Shown one piece after another: positions 37,111 through 48,181 of a stretch of DNA of 64,000 bases. Where the stretch lies: positions 41,912,001-41,976,000 of the forward strand of contig NC_082727.1 in assembly GCF_030144855.1 (NCBI RefSeq), in the 5' to 3' direction. The position numbers and the translations under genes were made by a program. This DNA comes from Hypanus sabinus (Eukaryota). The notes below the pieces were generated by a model that made no database searches, was not told the origin of the DNA, and saw only the letters and a program-made list of their open reading frames with translations. Numbering within the stretch: position 1 is the stretch's first letter; each line of letters opens with the position of its first letter.

Positions 37111-39369
37111 TATCCATTACTTATTGATTGATTAAAAACTTATTTTTAAAAACATTTCTAGAGTGACTGAATTACATTTTAAATATGAAGAATATAACAT
37201 ATTGGCATTTGAGCAGTTTTTGCCTGAAGAATTAGAGATAAATGTCACAAAATGATTGCACAGAACCAGAGAGATGTAAAGCAGTAATGCTGATTAAATC
37301 AGGAACAAATACGGAACGTTTGATGCAAATTTCACTGGAGCAGAAATGTTCTTGAATTCATATGCTTGGCTGAAATTCAGATTTAAATTACAATGAGGAC
37401 TCACTGGAGAGTTGCAAAAACAGCCCCAGGAATCATGATGCACAATTAATCCATGTGCATTGATTTCAGCGTGGAAACATGCCAAGTTTGCTTCCTGCTC
37501 ACTTGTAGTTACTGCATGTAGCCAGCACTGGTTACACTATTCATCAGGTATTGATTGACTAAGGCACCCAGGCTTTAGATTGACAAAGACCACTTAAAAT
37601 TTAAGAGAAAAATGGATTGTGACTATGCTAATTGCCGTTAGATATACTGGAATTAATTTTGACATATTCAAGAATGGAACAAGATGGGAGAGATGAAACT
37701 CCAAGGTTTTCTGACGTTGTTTCGTATGTCTTGGTGGAGGAAACATAGAATGGGGGAGATGTCAACCTTCAAACACATCTGGAATATCATTGTCGAAGCT
37801 CCATGCACGAGGAACTCTATAGGGATTCACAGTTTAAAATGTGCTTGCATGTCTCATTATCATCATTGTAATAGCCAGTTTGTTTAGTAAATGAACATCT
37901 GCTCATGGGACTTTCAGGATTTACTAGCAATGGCCGAACCAGAATGGTACGGTGCAGCTTTGCCTCTGAATGGGAAGTGCCTACTGCGTCCAACACTTCA
38001 GGAAATCATTCCACAGCTTTACAAACTTAGCGTTAAGCCGTATTACAGCAGGGATCATAGGGGCAGGTTTTCTGATGCCAGGCTCTAAGTGAGGCACTGG
38101 GAGGAAGTGATTAAGGAGGGTAATGGAAGGAGCAAAGCACTTGGGGCCTGAATGCAAAGCTGGGAGTATAAAATAATATCCTGGCATGTGGTCAAGGTCA
38201 GTGAATACATTAGAAAATCCCTAACAAATACACCAGGGTGCTCACACTCAGCTCCATGATATATATCTCTATCAGCCACTTAACAATGATCTCTATCAAT
38301 CAGGATTCCTACTTAACGTCATACAGCCTGCAGAAGATCACATCTCCAACGCACATTGCTCCAACAATCACATCCACAATTCACAGTCTACACTCATCCC
38401 TTGCTTTTCAGGCATCGCACCTGTCACACAAACAGACACATTTACACCCTTCCCTTCCCCTGGAGGAAACGGTGTCGCAAAATCCATGCCAGTAACAGCA
38501 TACTGGCAGCAGACAAAACTGTGTCCATAAGCTCAGCAGCCAGGAGGAAAGTGGGCTGGTTGCTGTTGGAGCAGCCATGACAGAGCCGGTGGTTCAAACT
38601 GGCAATGACATGCTGACGTCGAATGCTTCTCACATCCCACTTCTACCTCCTGATTGTTCTGAGTTATAAAATGCAAATGGTGGAAGTACGCTCTGTTGTG
38701 TTGGATATTGAGGGATAGCGCAGAGACACATGGATGCCAGCCCTGCGGGATATTCAACTGAACCTTACCGAAAACCACGCTAGTTCCTTGTGTGAACTTC
38801 TTCTGTGTGGGACTGGCTAACTGAATGACATTGGAATAACCTCTTAGCTACCACATCACTCTCCATTTCCCTTCGTGATTATTATACCTTTCTATCCTTT
38901 TTTTCCCCTGATACCCAACAATTTCCACCTGGCTAGGAAACAAGAAAGCAGCTCCTTTTTTAATCTATTGGTCACACCCACCAGCACGGATACAGACACT
39001 TTGTGTAGTGGAGATTCATGGAATCACTCAGCACACAAGCAGTTCCTTCTCACCATGCCCATGCAGATCATCAAATACGATCTTACCAGCATATGGTCTG
39101 TAGCCTTCCACACTTCGGTGTTTCAGGTGCTCAAAAAGAGAACCTGTTGCAAAGATCTTTAGCTTCAGCCTAATAAGGCACTTAAAAAATCATTGTCACT
39201 GTCACCTTAACAAACACCAGCAACGTTCTCTTCTCTGCATTGAGGTTGCACCTTTGGTTATAGATGTTGATTTCAGTGGTAGGGGAAGGTGTGGGCGCAT
39301 GTGGGTACGAGTGGGGGTGGTAATGAACACTTGCTCCACTGTGATAATCTGGAAAGTACAGATTTCCCC

Positions 39370-39490
39370 CAACTCAGGTTCAATCCTGACTTCAGGTACC
39401 TGGCTACTGTCTGTGAGGAGTTTGCACGTCACCTCTGATCTTCTCCTATATAACCCAGTACACTCTTGCGGGTTGCCCCCAGCACCTCCA
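39370..39490 (+). mobile_element. tRNA-derived SINE head fragment (V-SINE-like)
   Basis: B-box-like ggttcaatcc followed by tgtctgtgaggagtttgcacgt. Confidence 0.55.
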
Positions 39491-40709
39491 TAGCTGTGTT
39501 GGTTGTTTCGATGTACATGTGATAAATAAATCTGAGTTTGTCAGAGAAGCTTTTGTGATGCTCTGTCAAGCACAACAAACTAAGCTGACATTCCATTACA
39601 GACATTGACACTATCTCCATCAGCTATCAACCTGTCTGCCTCTTAGGGCGGGATTGATATATAACATATTTCATGGCAGTCAGCTAAAGACCTGAGGAGT
39701 TATTTCCAGTCACTTGGCCAACGTTTCCTCTCAGTCGACATCCCATGGCCATTACTGTATTACTGTTTCCTGTGAGTAGACTAGCCGTCGTGTGTCCGAT
39801 GCAGACTACATTTTCAAAGTGTAAGAAGCCTTGGGACATTTAGAAATGTGCGATAAAAATGCGGGTCTTTATTTTGTTAACTGGAGCTTGAGTTCCTTGG
39901 CATGATCTGTTTACATATTTTTGGCAGCCGCTAGCTGTGCACAAGCTAATGCCCTCAGCAATATAGCAGCTGCGAGATTCATGCCATGCTAATCAGTCAC
40001 CATATTGGAACTAAATTGGCACCTGCAATGCTAGAAAAACATGTGAGTGGTGCCAAATTTTGCAGATAGCATAATAATAAGTTCTGATTTATATTGCAAA
40101 ATGCCTTACATTTTGAATTTAATGATGAATGCTTTGTTGTCATTTAATGAAGGCTGGTAAAAATAAAACTTCACTGCACCTGATCCAGAACTTAACACAA
40201 CTATCCAAATGTTGGCAGCTTGACATGGCATAATTGGAATTTGGCACAGGGGATGATTAGTTAACCCCTTCATGTCCTCCATTGTTCAGTGAAGAAGAGA
40301 ATGTTGCTTGACTTTAGGTTAATGTTTTTACCCATGGTAAGAGTTCCTGGTGTCATAGAATATCTAATGTGCAAGTAACATGGACATGAGCCATAGGACT
40401 GTGCAGCATAAGAAAGGCCCTTTGCTCTGCAGTGTTGTACTGAACTAAGTAAACTGACAAATTCCTAGCCAAACTAAATTCTCATCCCTATCTCTCCATT
40501 CACTGCCATTCTTTTCTTTCTTGGTTTTGTTGCTATCCGGAGAAGAAGAATTTCAGAGTCGTATACTTTGATAATAAATGAACCTTTGAACATCTCTTGC
40601 CTCTCTCAGTAATTTAAGCTATATCCCATTGGGCCCTGAGGACTTAATATTCCTTTAGAGACCCAACCACTTTTTACCTCTTTCTTTATCTCGAAATGCC
40701 AAAGCATAT

Positions 40710-40960
40710 TAGCACAATCCACACCAAATGCTGGAGGGACACAACAGGCCAGGCAGCATCCATGGAAAAGAATAAACAGTCGATATTTCAGGCTGAGATC
40801 CTTCATCAGAGCTGGAAAGGAAGAGGTGAAGTCAGGTTTTGGCTTCTCCTCTTCCAGTTCAGTCCTGATAGAGGGTCTTGGTAGATGCTACCTGGCCTGC
40901 TGAGTTCCTCCAGCATGTTGTTTGTTGCTTTGGATTTCCAGCATCTGCAAATTTTCTTGT
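40710..40960. mobile_element. Inverted pair of Penelope-like termini
   Basis: Left arm atgctggagggacacaacaggccaggcagcatcca is the reverse complement (about 5 mismatches) of right arm tagatgctacctggcctgctgagttcctccagcat. Confidence 0.85.
40777..40814 (-). ncRNA. Minimal hammerhead ribozyme motif (CpG-decayed, core intact)
   Basis: Minus strand reads CAGCT-CTGATGA-AGG-ATCTCAG-CCT-GAAA-TA-TC-GACTG. Confidence 0.65.
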
Positions 40961-41029
40961 GTTTGTATTAACACACTCCACACTGACCTCACTATTGTCT
41001 CTCTCCTTGCTAAGTACTAACCCAAGGCC

Positions 41030-42760
41030 ATAAAGTATTCAATCATGACTGATTTATTATTCTCTTGCAATTCCATTCTCCTGCGTTCTCCTCATAACTT
41101 TTGTCATCCTTAATCAAGAACCTATCAAACTCCACTTTATGCTTACCCAGTGACATTGCCTTCATGGCCATCCTTCCCCACCCCCCCGAATAATAGTGAC
41201 AACACTCACTCTGCCCCCTGACTCTTTGATTTTCTGGCATGTTGTTGGTGTCTTCCACAGCAAAGAATCACACAAAATGTTTATTAAGTCCATCTGCCGT
41301 ATCTCTGTTCCCTATTACTATTTCTCCAGTGTCATTTCCAGGGGTCCAATGTTCACTCTTGCCAATCGTTTGCTCTGTATATATCTGGAAAAAAACTTAC
41401 GTTATCTTTTTTTATATTATTTGTGTACCTTTTTATTTCATTTTTTCATCCATTAATCCTTATTGTTTTTTCAGTTACTTCTGTTGGTTTTTAAAAGTTT
41501 CCCAATCCCCAGCTTTTTGCCTGTTTTTGCAACATTACATGCCCTCTCTTTTGCTTTTATGCTGTCTTTGACTTATCTTGTCAGCCACAATTCCCTCATT
41601 CTCCCTTTAGAATGCTTCTTATTTGGGTTGAAATTATCCCATTTTTTTCTGCATTATTCCTGGAGACACCAGCCATTGCTGCTCTGCTGTTTTTCCTGTT
41701 TGGATTTCACTTCCAATCAATTTTAGTCTGTTCCCATCTCATGCCCCTGTAGTTACCTTTATTCAACTGTAATACCAATACATCTGATGTTAGCTTCTCC
41801 CTCTCAAACTGCACAGTGAATTCTATCATATAATGTCACTGCCTTCTAAGGGTTCCTTTACTTTAAGCTCTCTAATCATCTATCATTCATTCCACAGCAC
41901 CAAATCCAGAACCCTTTTCCCTACTGGGCATGATCACCTCGTAGGCATTCTACAAATTTATTCCCTTGGGATGTTCCTTTGCTTATCCGATTTTCCCAGG
42001 GTACCTACATCTTGAAGAGCCTATGACCAGTGCAACATTTCTTTCATAGTTGCTTTTTTTAAAATGTCAATTTGTAGTTTGTTATCCACATCCTGGCCAC
42101 TATTGAGGCCTGTATGTACCACCCATTAGGGTTTTTCTACCCTTGCAGTTTCTTAACACTACCCACAAAGATTCTATATCCTTTGATCCTATGCTGCTTC
42201 TTGCTGAGGTATTAATTTAATTTTTACTAACAGAGCCACTGCACCCCCTCTGCCCACCTGTCTGCCTTTACAATAGTATGTGTATCTTTAGATGCTTAGG
42301 TACCAGCTGTGCGTTTACTTCAGCCATGACTCATACTTCCCATGTCCTCCCTCACATCCTCCACCTCCAAGCATATGTTTCTTCCTTTATCCATGAGGGC
42401 TCCTTTGTTCTCGAGTGGTTCAACCCACTCCCTAGTTATTCTCTTGTTCTTAATATATGTATAGGTTGCCTTGGGATTGTCTTTAATCCTATTTAGTAAG
42501 GACTTTTCATTGCCACTCCCAGCTCTACAAATTCCCTTCTTGAGTTCTTTTCTAATTTCTTTATAATCTGCCCCATTTGATTTTAGCTTCTTAAACCTTA
42601 TATACACTTCATTTTTCTTCTAGAGTAAATTCATCACCCCTCCCAGCATTCTCTTAACCTGCCATCCCTGTCTTTCCTACTGACTGGAACATACTTGTTC
42701 TGCACTCTGTGCAGTTGGTCTTTAAGTACCCTCCACATGTCAAATGAGGACTTGCCCAAA
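41030..42760 (-). mobile_element. CR1 LINE ORF2 fragments (endonuclease to central region, plus a 3' piece)
   Basis: ORF 42320-42607 DYKEIRKELKKGICRA...NRIKDNPKATYTYIKNKRITREWVEPL, with CR1 APE-region sequence at 41800-42250. Confidence 0.8.
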
Positions 42761-43649
42761 AATAGCTGTTACCAATTAACTCTTCTAGCAATTGCCTAAT
42801 ACTCTTGTAATTTGTCTTGCTTTAATTACATATTCTCCTACAAGGTACATACTTATTCTTATCTATTGTCTTAAAATTTAATACATGCATGTATGTTCTT
42901 GCCATAGACCTAAATGCTACAAACACCAAATGGCTGTCAAATAACTTTGGCAGTTTTTCAGCCAAATTGGTCAGAGACTCATTGCCAACAAAGTGCAGGG
43001 AGGCCATGAGATGCCTGTGGTTGCAGGGGTAATGCTCAATGAGGGCTCTGAACGAAGCGTTTTCCTTTCTCATTGCATCTTCAGTCCCTTTTGACACTCC
43101 TAACATTCCCACCAACCCAGATGGGTTTTACTCCCCCCATACCAAAAGCTTGCTGTTTTCACTGCCTTTCACTAGCTCCAGACTGGAGAAAACGTTGAGC
43201 AAGGATGTCCCAGGTACCAGGCTGCAATGTTTTGCTTACCTATAGAGAGGTCAAAGCACCAAAGACATTAGGTAATTCAGGAAGCCTTTGCCTTGCCCAA
43301 CTACATGCAAGGTGGATATTTGGCTTTATTTATGGCATTCTGTGGTTTGTTGATCAGTATCCTTGACAAGAATGTTTGCTAGTTTGCTATGGCCCAGGGG
43401 GTGGGGGGGTGAGAGAGGAGGGAGAGAGAGATAGAAGTTGATCAACAATTCACTGACTTTTAACAGGAACTGTGAAGAAATAAAGGAGAAAAAAACAATA
43501 AACACTTGGCCAACAGGGCCATTAATCATTAACTTTCAAACTGAAGCTAAAACTGATACAGCAACTTGGCAGTAGTAGCTTAATACTAAACAAATACTGT
43601 GCTCCTTAACATCGTCAGTTTGAAGACCAGTCTTCTTCACCTAGAACCA

Positions 43650-46600
43650 GGACAACAGTAAGCAGGGAGTGTTGACATTGCTGTGCGTTTGGTCAAGTCT
43701 CGACAAAACTGGAACAACAGGGAGTTAGATACCACCACGGTGAAACACTAATTGGCTGGAACGTGCATACTGATGAGTGTGATTGCCAAAATCATTCCAC
43801 AGCCAGCTGGTGAGAGCACGCAATCCGTGACAGATTCCGTGGTTGTGACAAGAACAACCTCCTTAGGCGCGGCTCCTGAGGCACAGAAGTCCTGGATGAG
43901 AAACCAGGAATCTGAAGACCATTCCCATCCCATTCCATGAGATTCTGGACCCTGCCCTACAGCTAGGAGGCGGTACACAGAATAAATCAGGGACCCATCC
44001 GCTAAGCGGTGAGAAGGCGAAGATGGGTATGCCTGGAGTCAGGGGGGAGGTAGTCACCAGCTTGGGCTGGGAAACATGGAACACTGGAATCTTCATTGAC
44101 AATGGTAGGCATAACCTATATGAAACCTTGTTGATAGCCTTCTCCACCTCAAATAGTCCCTTGTTGCATGAGGCCTACCAACTTAGGAAGAGAAGAATGA
44201 AGTGGTAGCCTTGAAGAATTGGTCCATAACCACCAGAGTGGTAGTATTTCCATTGGGGGGGGGTGTGGACCAGTGATATAATCCACTGAGAGCTGGGATC
44301 AGGGGTAGGAGACACTTGCATCAGATAGAGCAGACCTGCAGGGTGCTGATGTGACGTCTTGTTCTGGGCACAAGTGGGACATGCAGAGATGAAGTTGTAG
44401 ATGTCCTGAGACATCAATGGCCACCAATATTGCCTCTTGATACATTCTAGGGCCTGTAGCATTCCTGGATGTACAAATTACAAAGTTCAAAGTGCATTTA
44501 TTATCAATATATACCGATAAACAACTTTGAAATCCGACCTTTGCAGGCAGCACAAAACAAAGAAACCCAAAACAACACATTTTAAAAAAGGAAGTCCCTC
44601 AAACACCAAATGTGCAGAAAAAAGAACAAATCATGCAAACAATAAAAGTAACCAAATAACATTCAGAACTGAAATTCATCAAAGTGAGTCCACAATCATG
44701 AAGCCAGTCATCATTGTAGCTGGTCTAGGAGACTATTAATTGCACGCCCCAGCCTTAGTTCAGTGCAGAGATGAGTAAACCTCGTGAGCAATGAGCTGAT
44801 CACTGGCCCATCCTTACCTCTCACCCCAACACCCAAATATTTTCAATCTGGTCCAGCACTTAAATTGGCCAAACAGTGGGTCCTTGGGACCAGGCTCTGC
44901 TGCCTCAAATTGGCTCGGCATGCACAATCATCCTGCACTTTCGAGACTTCTGTTCTCATCACAAAGATGCCAGGTCCTACAGGCAGTTCAAAAGTTCAAA
45001 TCTGAAAGGGAAGTCCCAGGGTATTGTTTGCAAGTGATTGTGCTTGAGAAAAAATGTGATTAATAATGTAGGTAGTAGTTTTGTTTGCCACCAGCAAGTC
45101 GTCGCTGCGTTCCACCAGCACCATCTTAAACTGGAAGATCTAAAATCTGAATGTCTAATCCGATGGGAGGAGTGAGCCTATTCCAACACTCTGAGGTACA
45201 TAGCTGCAGAGACAAATAGCTAGTTGGGTGGTTCCCCACCTAGGCCTGGATCCTGGAGGCCCTTATGTCTGCCTCTATTCCCCAAAGCCCCAATGCATGA
45301 GCATGGAAGGGTGGGCTCTGAATGTGCATTGTCCTTAGACATGTGGAACTGCTGGGAGAGAGAGCATTGGCCTTGGTATTCTTGTTTCTGCGATGGTAGG
45401 TGAAGGTGAAATTAAACTGGATGAAGAAGACAGCTCAACAGGCTGACAGGAGTTGAGTCTCTTGGTGCCCTAAATATAGGAAAGGTTCTTGTGATCTATC
45501 CAAACCAAAACGGGGTGCTCTGCCCCCTCCAGCCAGAGCTGCCAGGGTCTCCTTGACAACCAGAAGTTTTTTTGATCTCAACATTGTGGTTACACTCAGC
45601 AGCAGTCAAGTGAGAGGAAAGGAAGGCACAGAGGTGCATCCAGTTATCCGCAGAAGAGCACTGGGAGAACACAGCTCCAATGCAATGCCTGATGCATCCA
45701 CCTTGATGACGAATGGATGGGATGGGTCTGGGTGATGCAGCATCGGAGCATTGGTGAAGCGTCACTTCAGTTCCAAGGATGCTTGATCTGCTTCATTTGT
45801 CCTGCAGAGGTCTTCTTCGTGAGTGCATTTATTGGGGGCTGCGATGGAACTGAAGTTTCCGATGAAGTGGAGATAAATTTTGAAAACCCCAAGAAGCCTC
45901 ATCTCTTTGTCTATAGATGGTTTGGGCCACTCTGTCACTGTCTGAACTTTCACGGGTCCTTTTGAACACTGAAATGTGTGAGCACGTAACTCTCGAAACA
46001 ACACCTGTTCCTTGTGGAGCTCCCACTCCTCTGGCTTGGCATAAATATTATTCTCAAGTAGCCATCTAAGAACCCTCTGGACATGGTGAGAACCCTCCTG
46101 GCGAGAACAGGAATAGATCAGAATGTCATCTCAATACACGAAAGCAAACTGATTCAATATGTCCCTGAGCATATCGTTGACCAGGGCATGACCAACAGCC
46201 GGATTGCTGACCAGATCAAATAAACATCATGAGATACTCACTGTCACCAATGGAGGTGATGAAGGCTGTCTTCCACATGTCCCCCACCTGGATACGCATC
46301 AGTTTTAAGTATTGCACAGATCCATCTTGGAAAATATGGTCAACACACACAAAGTGCTGGAAAGTATGGTTGCTCGCTGGAGATGTTTGAACACAGAAGC
46401 AAGCAGGGGAAGAGAGCAGCAGTTCTTTAGTCTGATGTTGTTGAGGGGTCAATAATCAGGATAGAGCTTGTCATCCCTCCTGCTTACAGAAAATAAGCCC
46501 ACCCCTGCTGATGATGTTGATAGATATATAAACTCTAAGGCCAATGCCTCCTTTATGTACTCTTCCATGGCTATGTCTTCAGGACAAGAGAGAGAAAAGT

Positions 46601-47570
46601 GTCAGCCCTGGGGAGGACTAGTACCCAGTAAGAGGTCAATGGCACAGTCATAAGGCTGGTGAGGAGGCAGAGAGATGACCTTCTTTTTACTGAAGACCTC
46701 TAGGAGGTTAACATATTCAGTCAAAATGCCAGACAGATTCATACTGGCAGTTTAAACAGGAGGGGATCGCAGGTAAGGGCTAGAGCTGTACCCAGATGGG
46801 TAGACAGGCATTCTCGTTCCCACTCTTGGCATGCATTTAGGGACCAATCAATCCATGGGTTGTGCTGAGATAACCAGGGAAGGTCAAGCACCAGTGGTAG
46901 TTCAGGCAAATTAACCAGACAGGAGAGATGTTTTCTAAGGTTGTCTTATAGCAAAGATGGAGGGGTTCCATAGAAAGTTGGTACTGAGAGGCTGACCATC
47001 CAGGCCTCAATTGCTGAGTTATAACTTTCCATTTCTGTGTTTGAGAGATATCCATGATGTTCCCAGCTGCCCTGGGGTCAGTAAATGCTCTCCCCTTCCT
47101 GTATCCTCTTTTACTGGGTGTATTGGACATGAAGTCTAGAAGTATCATGGACCACCACAGAAGAGGCAGGAATCTGTTCTTCTGCTCCGATCTGAGATAG
47201 GTATATGTACCCTACCTATATAGACTCGTATGTGGACTGTGTGTTGTGGGAGAGGATACAGAAAAATGGTAATCTAAGGAGTAGGTAGCTCAGGGCAATC
47301 TTTCTCGGCACCTCTCAGTTGTCTGGTTTTCAATTCAAGTGGCCAAATTAGTCAGGTCATACAGACTGTCCTACTCCTCTTGTACTGCAATCTCAAACCG
47401 AAGCTGTGCTCAGTGCCCGCTGGAAAACAATGGGATCTTTCATTCCTCCTCATCTCCACCGCAAGCTTGCAGAATTTAACTGCATAGTCCCTCACTGTCC
47501 CTCTTCCTTGGTGTAGGTCGAGGAATCAGTGGGCAATGAGACAATGATCCCTCATCATTGTCTTCCTGAC
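43650..47570 (-). mobile_element. Gypsy/Ty3 LTR retrotransposon remnant 2 (gag-PR-RT-RH-IN and start of 3' LTR)
   Basis: Minus-strand motifs: FTDPRAAGNIMD (PR); [21 protein letters not shown]-like RT with ILDDILIY; RNase H DASxxxIGAVFSQ...CAFLSSHL; integrase IKRQYWWPLMSQDIYNFISACPTCAQNK and FHVSQPK. The LTR start TGTCACA is at 43850, preceded by a degenerate polypurine tract. Confidence 0.9.
44470..45060 (-). mobile_element. Non-autonomous SINE/LINE-tail element interrupting Gypsy remnant 2
   Basis: Begins aagttcaaagtgcatttattatca, the reverse complement of the tail seen at 30400-30460 and 40545-40590. Gypsy coding sequence resumes on both sides. Confidence 0.55.
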
Positions 47571-47619
47571 CCCGTAATGGAAGATTAAACACTCTCTTGA
47601 ACTTGACAACAAATTGCCA

Positions 47620-48181
47620 AAAAAATGACTGGGTTGCAGTCACCCACTAGGAAACATCCTCTCCACATCCACTCTAGTTAGGCCTTCCAACGTCTAATAG
47701 GTTTCAATGAAATCCATTCTCATTCTTCTAAACTCCAGCATTTACAGGCCCAGAGCCACAAACACATCTCATACATTAAACCTTTCATTCCTGGAATCAT
47801 TCTTGTGCACTTTTCTGGACCCTGTCCAGTGACAGCACATCTTTTCTTGGATAAGGGGCTCAAAACTGTTCACAATATTCCAAGTGTGGAATAAGCCTTA
47901 TAAAGCCTCAGCATTAAATTCTTGCTTTTGTATTCTAGTCCTCTTGAAATGGATACTAACATTACATTTGTCTTTCTTGCCATTGACTCAACCTGCATGT
48001 TAACCTTCAAGAAATTCTGCACAAGGACTCTTAAGTCTCTCTGCACCTCTGATTTTTAAATTTTCTCCGGAGTTATAAAATAGACTATGTCTTTATTCCT
48101 TTTACTGAAGTCCACAACTGTATACTTTCCTACATAATATTCCATCTGTTATTTTTTTGCTCATTTTTCCAATTCGTCTGT
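47620..48181 (-). mobile_element. CR1 LINE, 3' segment (split by the CACTG transposon)
   Basis: Similar to 27479-28300; it stops at ...ccaattcgtctgt immediately before CACTG. Confidence 0.85.

Noticed and set aside
37880-38800. GC-richer stretch with several short ORFs, possibly an exon or novel element
   Set aside because: No recognisable protein motif or consistent splice pattern; most likely an old unclassified repeat.
42900-43250. Possible L1/Tx1 zinc-knuckle fragment
   Set aside because: Similarity is too weak to support without a database search.
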